Shown here: piece after piece, positions 31,329 through 41,024 of the stretch | Layout of the letters: each line of letters starts with the position of its first letter | Position numbering within the stretch: position 1 is the stretch's first letter | Source of the DNA: Oscillospiraceae bacterium | GTDB taxonomy: Bacteria; Bacillota; Clostridia; Oscillospirales; CAG-382 | Assembly: GCA_015064955.1 (NCBI GenBank) | Contig: SVRD01000002.1 | Span: forward strand, 14,188-78,187 | Length of the DNA stretch: 64,000 nucleotides | Direction: 5' to 3' | The notes under the pieces: generated by a model | The model's input: the letters and a program-made list of their open reading frames with translations, nothing else | Databases searched by the model: none | Told to the model about the DNA's origin: nothing | Program-made: the position numbers and the translations under genes

Positions 31329-31907
31329 ATGAAATCACTTATAAACAGACTGAAAAAGCAAGATAAAAAAATCGCCGTCGCAGAATCCTGCACAGGCGGA
31401 CTTATCTCCAAAATGATAACCGACACCCCCGGTGCAAGCGCGGTTTTCAATATGGCTGTCACCACCTATTCCAACGAGGCAAAAACAAAGCTTTTGGATG
31501 TTTCGCCCGAAACACTCAAGAATCACGGCGCTGTTTCGGAGCAGACCGCGCGTGAAATGGCATCGGGAATACTCGCGCTGGCGGAATCGGATATCGCGGT
31601 CGCGGTGACCGGAATCGCAGGTCCCTCCAACGACGGCAGTCAAAAGCCTGTCGGCACGGTATGCATCGGCGTTGCGACAAAGGAAAAATGCTATGCAACC
31701 ACCTTTGTTTTTGCGGGAAGCCGTGCACAGATCCGCAGAATGACGGCAAAAATGGCTTTGAATATGGCGTACAGTGAGCTCGGTCCGAGCAAAAGAGCTC
31801 CCTTTCGCACGAAATCAAAAAAGAGAGATACTATTAAAAACGGCGCCGGCAAGGCTGTTAAGAAAACAAAGAACGCTATCGGAAAGCTTATTAAAAAGGA
31901 CAAATAA
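31329..31907 (+). CDS. CinA C-terminal / PncC NMN deamidase, with Lys-rich C-terminal extension
   Basis: AESCTGG, TYSNEAK, GAVS, TGIAGP, KPVGTV. Confidence 0.88.
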   Translation: MKSLINRLKKQDKKIAVAESCTGGLISKMITDTPGASAVFNMAVTTYSNEAKTKLLDVSPETLKNHGAVSEQTAREMASGILALAESDIAVAVTGIAGPSNDGSQKPVGTVCIGVATKEKCYATTFVFAGSRAQIRRMTAKMALNMAYSELGPSKRAPFRTKSKKRDTIKNGAGKAVKKTKNAIGKLIKKDK

Positions 31908-31922
31908 CGAAAGGGTAAAATC

Positions 31923-32855
31923 ATGTTCAGAATCGGCACAGTTAACATCGACACATCGCACGCTCCCTCATTCGCGGAAATTCTCGAAAAGGGTGACGAG
32001 GGCCGTTATACCGCGATCTATAACGACGCATTCAGAACCGACGACGAGGTAAACAGCTTTATCGAGCGATTCAAGCTCGACAAAAGGTATTATGACCTTT
32101 CGGAAATGGCAAAGAATATTGATATTGCCTTTATTCAAAGCTGTAATTGGGACAATCATCTGAAGCAGGCGCTCCCCTTCATCGAAGCAAATATCCCCGT
32201 ATTTATCGACAAGCCGATCGCCGGCAATCTCAAGGATATCCGCGAGTTCGAGCGGCTCGATGCCGAGGGCAAGGTGATTCTCGGCACCAGCGCGATGCGC
32301 TATACCTATGAGCACGAATCGTTTTTTGCCATTCCCGAGGAGGAAAGAGGCGAAATTATTCATATTTCGGTTATGGTCGGTGTTGACGAATTCAACTACG
32401 CTATCCACGCGGTCGAATCTATTATGGGCTTTGTCGGCGACGTCAGTCCGATCTCGACACGTTACCTCGGCACAAACACGGTAAACGGTGCCGATTGCGA
32501 CAGCTATTATATTCTTTTCGAAAACGGAATTTCCGCCTGCTACCACATCTGCAAAAAATGCTGGCAGCCCTCCACCGCGCTCGTTATGACAAGCAAAACG
32601 AGCTTTGCATATAAGATCGACAGCAGCAAGGTCTACGAGGCAATGCTGAAGCAGGTCTGCGCTTATATGGCAGGCAGAGAAAACAAGCTTGCAAGCGTGA
32701 AGCAGATGACCGATTCGATAAAAATAATGCTCGCAGGAAAGAAGAGCGCGGCAAACGGCGGCAACGCAGAGCTGATTTCCGAGCTTTGCGAAAGCGACCC
32801 TTCGTTTGACGGAGGCGTTTTCGAGGAATTTTACGCCGCATCGCAGAGAAAATAG
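31923..32855 (+). CDS. Gfo/Idh/MocA-family oxidoreductase
   Basis: DTSHA, PVFIDKP, SAMRY, YAIHAVE. Confidence 0.8.
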   Translation: MFRIGTVNIDTSHAPSFAEILEKGDEGRYTAIYNDAFRTDDEVNSFIERFKLDKRYYDLSEMAKNIDIAFIQSCNWDNHLKQALPFIEANIPVFIDKPIAGNLKDIREFERLDAEGKVILGTSAMRYTYEHESFFAIPEEERGEIIHISVMVGVDEFNYAIHAVESIMGFVGDVSPISTRYLGTNTVNGADCDSYYILFENGISACYHICKKCWQPSTALVMTSKTSFAYKIDSSKVYEAMLKQVCAYMAGRENKLASVKQMTDSIKIMLAGKKSAANGGNAELISELCESDPSFDGGVFEEFYAASQRK

Positions 32856-32863
32856 ATCGCTTA

Positions 32864-33120
32864 CGCTCCGACTTTTGAAAAAGTCGGACAAAATCTTTTT
32901 CCTCCCGCTCAAACTTTTAAAAAAGTTTGACAAAAATTTTATCCTCCCGCGTTTCAGGGTTATAACATTTGTATCGCTCACACCGCGAGGGTGTTTTGTA
33001 CTTCAAACTCAAAAAACAAAGCCACGTTGTTTTAACGTGGCTTTCTTTTTTGTTTTTATTCTGTTTTAAGAGTTTTTGGGGAGAGCACGAGAGGACCTTT
33101 TTGCAAAAAGGTCCTCTCGT
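32864..33120 (-). repeat. Multi-hairpin 3' trailer of dockerin gene A (homologous to 63260-63563)
   Basis: Palindrome CGAGAGGACCTTTTTGCAAAAAGGTCCTCTCG, terminator GCCACGTT..AACGTGGC, a 58-nt block (56/58 identical to 63386-63443) and two 42-bp hairpin units. Confidence 0.85.
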
Positions 33121-33133
33121 AATAATATCGTTA

Positions 33134-34747
33134 TTAGCCTATTGTATAAGTGCCGAAGTAGTGGCGCTTGATGAGGATATAGTCGTACTGATTTACTGTG
33201 CCGTCGGAGTTGACGTCGGCGGGGAGCAGTTCGTTATCGGTGAGATAACGTGTGCCGAAGTAGTGGCGCTTGACGAGGAGGTAGTCGTACTGATTGATCG
33301 CTCCGTCGTCGTTAACGTCTCCGAGAGTGTATTCGGGCTCGGGAACAACGGGCTTGTCCTCGGCGGGATTGCGGAGAACCTCTGCCTCGTCGATCCAGAT
33401 GAACGAATTGCCGCCGCTTGGGGTGACGGTAAATCGGATATAGCGTGCTGTGTTGACGGTATCGGAGATTGCGGTGAAGGTATACATCACGGACTGTGAT
33501 CCGTCGATAACCTTACCGTCGTGAAGCTTTTCCGCCTTTGTGCAGACAGCGAGCTCCTCGCTGAAGTTGATCGCATCATCCGAAACGGCGACGCTCATCT
33601 TTGCAGGGGCTGATATTCCCCAGAATCCGCCCGCCGCATAGAGTCGGTAAACGTTGGAGTCCTTTGCGCTGCCGAGGTCGATGGTAATTTCCAAAACACC
33701 GCTTTCGGTCTTGTTCCAGCCCGAATAGAAGCTTGTTCCGGGGTCGGTTCCGCCCTTTATGCCGTCGACAAGGCGCAAGCCGTCGTCGTTGTGTGCGTTG
33801 CCGCTTCCGCGGTTGGGAGCGGTGGTGGTATATTTCGCGCCGCGGGAAAGAATTATTTCGTTTTCAAATATCATTTCGTAGCTCGCGCCGTCGGTAAGCG
33901 ATACCGCGATATCGTCACTTTTGCTGTTACAGCCGAGATGCGAAGGGGTGGAAAGAATAATATTTGCGCCGCTTGCGCCGATATAGTCCTGACTGCCGAT
34001 AAGGTTGCCGTTTTCGTTTTTGTAATTAACGGTAACGCTCGCGGTGTTTACACCGTCGTAAACCGCGCGGAGATAATTCGCGATACAGTCGGCATAGAGC
34101 TTATGTCCCTCGACAGTTTGATGGATACCGTCGGTGCTGACGTAGGTCGATACACCGCGTTTTGTGATCTCATAATTGATATCGACGAGACCGCAACCGT
34201 ATTCAAGCGCGATCTCGCGCATTTCGTTACAGTATTCGTCCATTAGTCCGTATTCGTAGTTGTTGTATTCGGTAGGTTTATATGCCTCCTCATATACGGG
34301 ATTGGGTGTAACGAGGATAACGTCGGTGCCGATAGTCTGAAGCTCTCTTATAAAATGAACGAGCTGAACTCTGTATCTGTCGAGAGTCTGAATAGGGCGG
34401 TTGTACTGAACCTCCCACGCCTGATCGTTCATACCGAAGCAGATAATAGCGATATCGGGGGCTTTTGAAAGCACGTCGTTTTCAAAGCGCAGATATGCGT
34501 TGTAGGTCGAATCGCCGCGAACGCCCGCGTTGATGATCTCTGCTCCCGAAAAAGTATCTTGGAGTATGTCGGGGTAGGTATCGAGTCCCTGATTGTTCCA
34601 CCAGACAGTGCCTTGCGTGAGGCTGTCGCCAAACGCGATTATCTTCTTGCCGTCGAGCGCGCTTGCGGCACTCGAATAAACGGGAATGCAGAAAACGAGC
34701 AGTGCCGAAACGAGAAGAAGCGAAACGATTCTTTTGATACGGTTCAT
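33134..34747 (-). CDS. Secreted SGNH/GDSL esterase + discoidin (F5/8C/CBM32-like) module + C-terminal dockerin
   Basis: Signal peptide; FGDSLT, NAGVRG, FGMND, DGIH; EITIDLG...ARYIRF...WIDEAEV; duplicated DVNxDGxxNQYDY. Confidence 0.85.
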   Translation of the reverse strand: MNRIKRIVSLLLVSALLVFCIPVYSSAASALDGKKIIAFGDSLTQGTVWWNNQGLDTYPDILQDTFSGAEIINAGVRGDSTYNAYLRFENDVLSKAPDIAIICFGMNDQAWEVQYNRPIQTLDRYRVQLVHFIRELQTIGTDVILVTPNPVYEEAYKPTEYNNYEYGLMDEYCNEMREIALEYGCGLVDINYEITKRGVSTYVSTDGIHQTVEGHKLYADCIANYLRAVYDGVNTASVTVNYKNENGNLIGSQDYIGASGANIILSTPSHLGCNSKSDDIAVSLTDGASYEMIFENEIILSRGAKYTTTAPNRGSGNAHNDDGLRLVDGIKGGTDPGTSFYSGWNKTESGVLEITIDLGSAKDSNVYRLYAAGGFWGISAPAKMSVAVSDDAINFSEELAVCTKAEKLHDGKVIDGSQSVMYTFTAISDTVNTARYIRFTVTPSGGNSFIWIDEAEVLRNPAEDKPVVPEPEYTLGDVNDDGAINQYDYLLVKRHYFGTRYLTDNELLPADVNSDGTVNQYDYILIKRHYFGTYTIG

Positions 34748-34895
34748 AAAAATTCTCCTTTTCAATAAATGACGAAAAGCATTTTCCACAGTATACCACA
34801 CAAAAATCAAACTTTCAAGAAGATAAAAGCAAAGAAAAAACGCCTTTGAGTCCTTCAGAGTCCTTCAAAGGCGTTATTTTTTATTAAAAAGACGG

Positions 34896-35723
34896 TTACG
34901 CTTCCGCTGTGCTTTCTTCCTTTTCGCAAAGCTTTGCCGAGCTGAGCTTTACCGCAATATAGACTGCCAACGCGAGATCGACGATCGAATACGCGGTGTA
35001 ATAGTTGAAAACAAACGTACCGAAGCAGTGCAAAACAAGATTCGGAAGCGAATAAACAAACAAGAAATAGATCGCAACGTAGCCGAACGCTGTACAGCTC
35101 GATGCCGAGGTTTCGGATACGTAGGATTTGCCTTCGCAAAGGAAATAGAGCAATACCGCAACAAGACCGACTATATGGTAAGCGCCCGACGACGCAAGCG
35201 GTGCGGCACTTGAACGGATAAAATCGCCGAGAAGGCGGAAGGTCGAAAGCAAAATGGGAAGAAGCGCCGCGAGAGCGTGGAGCTCCTGCTTTTTACATTC
35301 CTTGTGGTAAAAAAGACCCGAATAGAGAAATTTAAATGCCGAAAGGAAAGTAAAAACAAGCACACAGCCGCCGATAACTGTGGGGAAAATATACTCTCTT
35401 TCCAAAAGCGACATAACGTATATTACGCCCGCGCCGATCAGTGCAAAGCCCAAAATCAGCGAACCCGCAGGAACAGCGCCGTAGGAGCGGCAAAAGCTGA
35501 TTGTTTTCTTCTTGCCGAGAGTAAAAGCAGAATAGATAAATACCAGAACGAACAATATCGTTACGGCGGTAAAGGCTTTTACCTCGAGTGTGTCGGGGAG
35601 ATAGTACGTGTCGGTATCGACGGCGTTCTTTTCGAGCTCAAAGGTGATGATAACAAGACGCAGTAACGCCATTATCAGCGATATTACCGTGACCGCAAGA
35701 ATTCTCATCTTTTGCGAACGCAT
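34896..35723 (-). CDS. Hypothetical polytopic membrane protein
   Basis: 275-aa ORF with about 8 hydrophobic segments; RBS AAGGAG. Confidence 0.7.
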   Translation of the reverse strand: MRSQKMRILAVTVISLIMALLRLVIITFELEKNAVDTDTYYLPDTLEVKAFTAVTILFVLVFIYSAFTLGKKKTISFCRSYGAVPAGSLILGFALIGAGVIYVMSLLEREYIFPTVIGGCVLVFTFLSAFKFLYSGLFYHKECKKQELHALAALLPILLSTFRLLGDFIRSSAAPLASSGAYHIVGLVAVLLYFLCEGKSYVSETSASSCTAFGYVAIYFLFVYSLPNLVLHCFGTFVFNYYTAYSIVDLALAVYIAVKLSSAKLCEKEESTAEA

Positions 35724-35817
35724 ACTCTTCTCCTTTCAAAGCTTTGCTTTTCTTTATTATAATCGCGCAAACCGCCTTTGTAAAGCGCAAACGCCATTTT
35801 TAACATTTTCTTTACTT

Positions 35818-36549
35818 TTAAATTTCGGGCTTAAAGCATGGCATAAAGCTCAGCTTGAACAAATTCGCCTTGTGCCTTTTATCGATGATCTCCTTTGTTT
35901 TCAAATCGTCGATGATTCCGGTTCTGATGTATTTGTCGAGAGTTTCGTAGGAAAAACCGAGGTTTTCCTCGTCGCTTTTCCCGCAAAGCCCGTCGATAGG
36001 TGTTTTTTCGACAAGCTCATAGGGCAGACCGAGCAAATGTCCGATCGCCTTTACCTCGGTGACCGTAAGAAACGACATCGGCGAAAGATCGCCCGCCGCA
36101 TCGCCGTAGCGGGTGGAATATCCGACCCAATCCTCCGAAAGATTGCAGGTGTTGACAACCCTGCCGTTTCGGCTTTGGGACACCGCATAAAGTGTCGACA
36201 TTCTGATTCTCGGAGGGAGATTCACTTTCGACTGCTCGCAAAGCGGGAGCGATTTTGGAATAGCGTTTACGACCGCGTCGACCGCTTCCTTGATATTCAC
36301 GGTATAATGCTCGATTCCGAGATGCTCGACAAGGCGGTATGCCATATCGATATCCTCCTGAACGCCGTTGGGCATAAGCACGCCGATAACTCTTTCTTTT
36401 CCGAGTGCTTCGACACAAAGCGCCGCGGCGACCGAGCTGTCCTTTCCGCCGGAGATTCCGATAACGGCGTTACAGCCCTTTCCGTTTTCCTCGAAAAAGT
36501 CTCTTATCCAGCGGACACAATCGTTTTTTACCTTTAAAGCATCGAACAT
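35818..36549 (-). CDS. nadE: NH3-dependent NAD+ synthetase
   Basis: GISGGKDSS, RIRMS.LY, NLSE..VGYST.YGD, SDEENLG. Confidence 0.92.
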   Translation of the reverse strand: MFDALKVKNDCVRWIRDFFEENGKGCNAVIGISGGKDSSVAAALCVEALGKERVIGVLMPNGVQEDIDMAYRLVEHLGIEHYTVNIKEAVDAVVNAIPKSLPLCEQSKVNLPPRIRMSTLYAVSQSRNGRVVNTCNLSEDWVGYSTRYGDAAGDLSPMSFLTVTEVKAIGHLLGLPYELVEKTPIDGLCGKSDEENLGFSYETLDKYIRTGIIDDLKTKEIIDKRHKANLFKLSFMPCFKPEI

Positions 36550-36582
36550 TTTGTTCCTCCGCATTATTTCGATAAACAGTTA

Positions 36583-38199
36583 TCAGTGAGCGTATTCGAG
36601 AGTTGTGCCGTTGAAGAAAAATTCGAGAATATACTTATAGCTGTAACCGTCCTTGGAGAGCTTTTCGCTTCCGGTTGCCGAGAATCCGACACCGTGGCCG
36701 ACACCCGAGCCGTTTACAGTAACTGTATCGGGGGTTACCGAGCTGCCCATTACGGTTTTGTAGCTCTCGCCGAAGCCGTCGAACTCCTCGATTCCGTTTG
36801 CGGTGAGAACGCTTGTCACGTTGCGCTCCTCGACGTTTCCGTTTGAAGTGAGCACTTTTGTCTTTGCCGAGAACTCAACGTCGAAATTCGCACTGCTGAA
36901 TCCGCAAGCCGAGCGCACGTCCTCGCTGGTTTCGATCTCTACTACGTTGCCGCTTCCGTCGCTTACCGAAAGAATGGTTATATAGCTCGAGCCGTAAGGA
37001 TCGGTCTCGAGTATCTTCATCGAGATCTCCTCGTCGGAAAGCTTCGAGAAGCTGTTGCGCGAGGTGAGATATTTATAAAATTCCTGCTTGGTGTATACTC
37101 TCTGCCACTTGTCGCCGTCCTCGTATTCCTCTTGGAAAACGGTGGTGAGATATGGCACCTCGGTGCCGCCCCAAGCCGCAACCGAAGAACAGCTTGCGCC
37201 GCCGTTGGAGTTGTGGTAGAGCACCATTATCGGTGCGCCCTTGTATGCGCAGAAAAGTCCGCGGGTGGCATCGACGATTTGATTGTTTTCCTCGCTCATA
37301 CGGTAAAGTCCGTGATAAACCTGACAGCACGCCGAGTTGGTGCAAACGTCAAATCCCTGCTTTGAGTGCTTTGCATAGAGCGGAACGGTTCTTGCGAGCA
37401 CGGCAAACGCCTTTCTCGTTTCGACCGAATAATTCGTGCCGATCTCGTTTGCCATAACACACTTGGTGTAATCCTCGAGACCGATGATATTTTCCATCCA
37501 CAAGCGTCCGTCGCGGACAGAATATTCAAAAATGCCGCTGTAATCGTAATAGTTGATGCTTCCCGAGCGGTGACGCATCGGAAGATTGACCGCACCGCCA
37601 TTCTGTGCACGGAGCGCAAGCGGCTTGCCGTTTTCGATGCTTGCGATTATCTTGCCGTCGGAAGAGAGGATAAAGATATTGCTTGCCGAGGGAGAAGCAA
37701 CACTTCTTCCGCCCGAAGCCTTCTTTGCCGCTTCGGCACTGTTCGAGGAATATGCGCGCGCCTCGTAACCGCCGTTTACGACAGCAACAAAGCCGTTTTT
37801 GCTCTTTGCCGCCGACAATGCCGACGAATAGCTCGAAAATTTGCCGATGACTGCGCTGTATGCGCCGATATTGCCGTTTTCGTCGGCAACGCATTTGCCA
37901 TTTTCAAAACGGGAATTCACCTGGGGTACGATAATAATTGCTTTTTCGGAGAGCGAAAAGAGCTTCCGGAAGCTTTCGCCCTGAAGATATCCGAGCTCAA
38001 ATCCGTTTGCCGACTGATTGAGCGACGAAAAATGACGTGTATCGAGCAGGGAGGTGGTTACGTACATACCGACGCGAACGTTGGGCTCGTTATATACGAC
38101 TGTTTTTGCCGAAGCGGGAACAGCCGCCGCATACGCGCTTATGCAGAATACGATTGCCAGCGCGAGCGAGAGGAGGCGATTCAAGCTACGCGATCTCAT
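36583..38199 (-). CDS. Secreted SpoIID/LytB-domain protein (lytic transglycosylase-like)
   Basis: Signal peptide; LEDY..CVMANEIG, KAFAVLART, CCQVYHG, GHGVG.S, YKYILEFF. Confidence 0.85.
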   Translation of the reverse strand: MRSRSLNRLLSLALAIVFCISAYAAAVPASAKTVVYNEPNVRVGMYVTTSLLDTRHFSSLNQSANGFELGYLQGESFRKLFSLSEKAIIIVPQVNSRFENGKCVADENGNIGAYSAVIGKFSSYSSALSAAKSKNGFVAVVNGGYEARAYSSNSAEAAKKASGGRSVASPSASNIFILSSDGKIIASIENGKPLALRAQNGGAVNLPMRHRSGSINYYDYSGIFEYSVRDGRLWMENIIGLEDYTKCVMANEIGTNYSVETRKAFAVLARTVPLYAKHSKQGFDVCTNSACCQVYHGLYRMSEENNQIVDATRGLFCAYKGAPIMVLYHNSNGGASCSSVAAWGGTEVPYLTTVFQEEYEDGDKWQRVYTKQEFYKYLTSRNSFSKLSDEEISMKILETDPYGSSYITILSVSDGSGNVVEIETSEDVRSACGFSSANFDVEFSAKTKVLTSNGNVEERNVTSVLTANGIEEFDGFGESYKTVMGSSVTPDTVTVNGSGVGHGVGFSATGSEKLSKDGYSYKYILEFFFNGTTLEYAH

Positions 38200-38674
38200 A
38201 ATAGCCCCTCACAGTGAAATATGCAGTGTCACCCGTGACAAGTATCGCCCTGCGCGAGCTGCCCTCGGATGCAAAATAGATATGTCCGTATTCAAGAGAT
38301 TCGCCCGAGAAAAGCTCGGTATTCTCCGACATATCTGTAATACCCTCCCCGGAATCGTTGGAGGAGGTGACAGCGGCAGCGCCGCCGCCGCGATAGATGA
38401 TCTCGCTGTCGGCGGAAAGAATGATTATCTGTCCTTGTTTCAGCGAAATGTCCTCGTAAGCCGTTGTTACTGTAATACCGCCGTTTGCGGTAAGCTCGTC
38501 GATTATCTCCTGCTTCAATTCTTCCTTGAACTGTTGGAGATAGCCATAAGTGATCAGCGTGTCCGGATCGATCGTTGCCGACGACTCGTTCTTTGCGAAT
38601 GTATTTACCGCATAGAAGGGCACGACTGCCACAAGCAAAACGGCAAGAACAAGCAAAACGTTGATTTTCTTCAC
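38186..38674 (-). CDS. Conserved hypothetical exported protein
   Basis: GTG start after AAGGAG; signal peptide; DPLIT.xYL-like motif; overlaps the next gene. Confidence 0.65.
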   Translation of the reverse strand: MKKINVLLVLAVLLVAVVPFYAVNTFAKNESSATIDPDTLITYGYLQQFKEELKQEIIDELTANGGITVTTAYEDISLKQGQIIILSADSEIIYRGGGAAAVTSSNDSGEGITDMSENTELFSGESLEYGHIYFASEGSSRRAILVTGDTAYFTVRGYYEIA

Positions 38675-38992
38675 AGAATAATTCTCCTTAAAAATTTTTC
38701 GGGAGCGGTAAATAAAATGTGCGGTATTGAATAATATGCGTCTCCCGTCGGAAATATGCACGAAATGAAAGATATTTTTATGTGCGGAATAACCTAAAAA
38801 TCCATCGGTTTTCTGCAAGCGCAAGAATTTCCAATTAATATTATAACACACCTTGTCAAGTCCCATAGAGTGTAGTCGCACATAACGCACCGTCTATATC
38901 TTGGGTTTTGATTTGACGCTTTAGCAAGCCAAAACGTTTTTACAAACAAAAAGTCCGCGGTCGTTAAAAACCGCGGACAAGTTGACATTGTA

Positions 38993-40879
38993 TTAAAACT
39001 CAGAGAAATATTCGGGGTTGGGGTTAAAGAAGAATCGCTTTATCAGCAGATAATCGAGAGTGTCGATCCTGCCGTTGCCCGAAACGTCGCAGGCAACCGT
39101 TTGAAGCTCGGAAAGCTTCAAGGTACCCATATATGCACGCTTTGCCATAATATAATCGCCGACGTCGAGCACGCCGTTGCAGTTTATATCCCCCGCAATA
39201 CAGACCTTTGCGCTGTCGATAAGCTTGCCGTTTACCGCAAGCCGTACCTCACAGCCTGTCGTGACCCGAGCCGTCTGACCGAGCTCCTCGCCCTCGGGAG
39301 AAACAAGGGTTATACTCTGCTTGTCGAAATGCTCGGCGAAGGAATCGAAATTCAGCTTCCATTCGGTAACGTGAAGATATCCGTCGTCGTCGAGTCTGAC
39401 CGAGCCGCTCGACGAAATTATCTCGGCACGGCTGAAAAAGGTGGTATATTCAAGAAATACCCAGCCGACCGTTCCGTAGTAATCGGTCTTGCCCCAGAAG
39501 CCGTCGACCTCGGTGATCTCGATAATGCTTCCGTTGGAAAGGATCGAGAGCGATTCCGAAGCGGTGTTTGCTTCGGCGCGGAGATTCAGATTCGCCTTGA
39601 GCTTATAAAACCCAACCTCTTTTTTGGTGAGTATCACCTCGGAATCGGGGTAATTATAGGGCATATTTACATAAAGAATACCTCTTGAGCAGGCAGATGC
39701 AAACTGCTCCCAGGTATAACGTCTTGTCGAAACGACACAAGGCGAGGAAACCACGCCGTCGCCGCCCGCGTTGCCGTGGTATATGACGATAAAGTCCTCG
39801 TCCATCGTCAATATCGAAACCGAGTGGCCTGCCGCAAGGCGAACGTGCGCGCCGGGCGCCGCCTTCATAAGCAAAGCCTTGACCGAATTCGCCGTTACCG
39901 CGCCGCTCGAAAGCGAGCCGACGCTGTAATAAAGCGATTCGTTCATCGAATGGTCGATAAATCCGAAGCATTTCCAGAATATCATTCTCGCAAAGGCGAA
40001 GCACTGCGCGCCCAAAAGGTCGACCTCGCAGGTGGATTTCTGCCCCGTCGGGTAATACCGCATACAGTTGCAGTTGCCCACCGACTGTATACAATAGGTA
40101 GATGAGGTGTTATGGCAGGTGCACGCCTGACCGTTTTTCGAGAAATAGGTTCCGGGCATATGATTTTCGAGCGGGAGAGTTATGTTTCCGACCTGAACGT
40201 AGGGGCCGGAATAATCTCCGCTTGCCGCCGCGAGCGAAACTCCGTATTCCTCCTCGCCCGCCGCGATATCATCTTCTCTTTCGCTTCCGACAGTTGCGAT
40301 ATATTGATTATAAAGCTCGTTTCCGTCTGCAAACATTTCGTCGCCGCTTTCGGAAATATAGCTGTAATCGGGGTTTCTTTCAGCCCAGCGTATTTTTCCG
40401 TCGGGCAGAGGAACAAATCCCTCGATACCATCTCGTGTGAGCAAAAGCGTTTCGCCAAAAGCGTTGTCCTTTCGGTAAACGCTGTCGCCCTTTAAATACA
40501 TAATGCCGTTTTCGGTTACGTAAAGGCATTTTATTTCGGTATCAAAGCTGTAAACAATATCAAATTCGCTTCCGTCGGGCGAGCCGCAAAGAATATCGTT
40601 CCCCGAAACGAACCACAAAAGACCGTCGTGATAATTTATGTAGGCGGCATCGAGCTCGGCAAGCTTAAATGTTTCGCCGTCTTGTGAGCGTCTGAAAAGT
40701 GCGCCGTTTTCCGAAAAAACGGTGTCCCCGCCGACGTCGACGGCATAACCGCCATAAAGTATTCGGTCGTCAAAAATCGCAACCTTCTCACCGCCGCCGA
40801 CGGCAAAGAACGAAAGCGGAAGCACCGCAAGCACGGCACAAACACAAACGACCAACGAAACAATACGCCTGAGCATCAA
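38993..40879 (-). CDS. Secreted CHAP/NlpC-like Cys hydrolase + SH3b + dockerin
   Basis: Signal peptide; GAQCFAFAR...GHSVSI...VIYHGN (Cys/His); LNLRAEA...WGK.DY.G.VGWV (SH3b); GDINCNG..D..DY / CDVSGNGRID..DY dockerin. Confidence 0.7.
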   Translation of the reverse strand: MMLRRIVSLVVCVCAVLAVLPLSFFAVGGGEKVAIFDDRILYGGYAVDVGGDTVFSENGALFRRSQDGETFKLAELDAAYINYHDGLLWFVSGNDILCGSPDGSEFDIVYSFDTEIKCLYVTENGIMYLKGDSVYRKDNAFGETLLLTRDGIEGFVPLPDGKIRWAERNPDYSYISESGDEMFADGNELYNQYIATVGSEREDDIAAGEEEYGVSLAAASGDYSGPYVQVGNITLPLENHMPGTYFSKNGQACTCHNTSSTYCIQSVGNCNCMRYYPTGQKSTCEVDLLGAQCFAFARMIFWKCFGFIDHSMNESLYYSVGSLSSGAVTANSVKALLMKAAPGAHVRLAAGHSVSILTMDEDFIVIYHGNAGGDGVVSSPCVVSTRRYTWEQFASACSRGILYVNMPYNYPDSEVILTKKEVGFYKLKANLNLRAEANTASESLSILSNGSIIEITEVDGFWGKTDYYGTVGWVFLEYTTFFSRAEIISSSGSVRLDDDGYLHVTEWKLNFDSFAEHFDKQSITLVSPEGEELGQTARVTTGCEVRLAVNGKLIDSAKVCIAGDINCNGVLDVGDYIMAKRAYMGTLKLSELQTVACDVSGNGRIDTLDYLLIKRFFFNPNPEYFSEF

Positions 40880-40906
40880 TTTCCCTCCGTTTTAATCTTC
40901 CTTTTT

Positions 40907-40935
40907 ATCTTATCACACGATTCGACATTTTTCAA
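40907..40935 (-). promoter_or_regulatory. Putative sigmaA promoter with a Spo0A box in the spacer
   Basis: TTGAAA-17 bp-TAAGAT with extended TG; TGTCGAA (minus strand) at 40921-40927. Confidence 0.45.
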
Positions 40936-41024
40936 TAGTTTTCGCGGGTTGGAAACAAACACCTTTTTGTTATATTCCGCACCGAAAGCGAATATAGTTT
41001 TATAAAAAACAAAGGAATGTTGAT

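Noticed and set aside
32806-33069. Small ORFs with similar translations at 32.8-33.0 kb and 63.3-63.6 kb
   Set aside because: The similarity comes from the non-coding trailer repeat; frames and strands are inconsistent and no RBS is evident
33134-33322. DGR template/variable repeat pair with 63065-63253
   Set aside because: Differences are mostly synonymous third-position changes, not adenine-specific; both copies are coding; no reverse transcriptase is seen (the Avd-like gene is unlinked to either copy)
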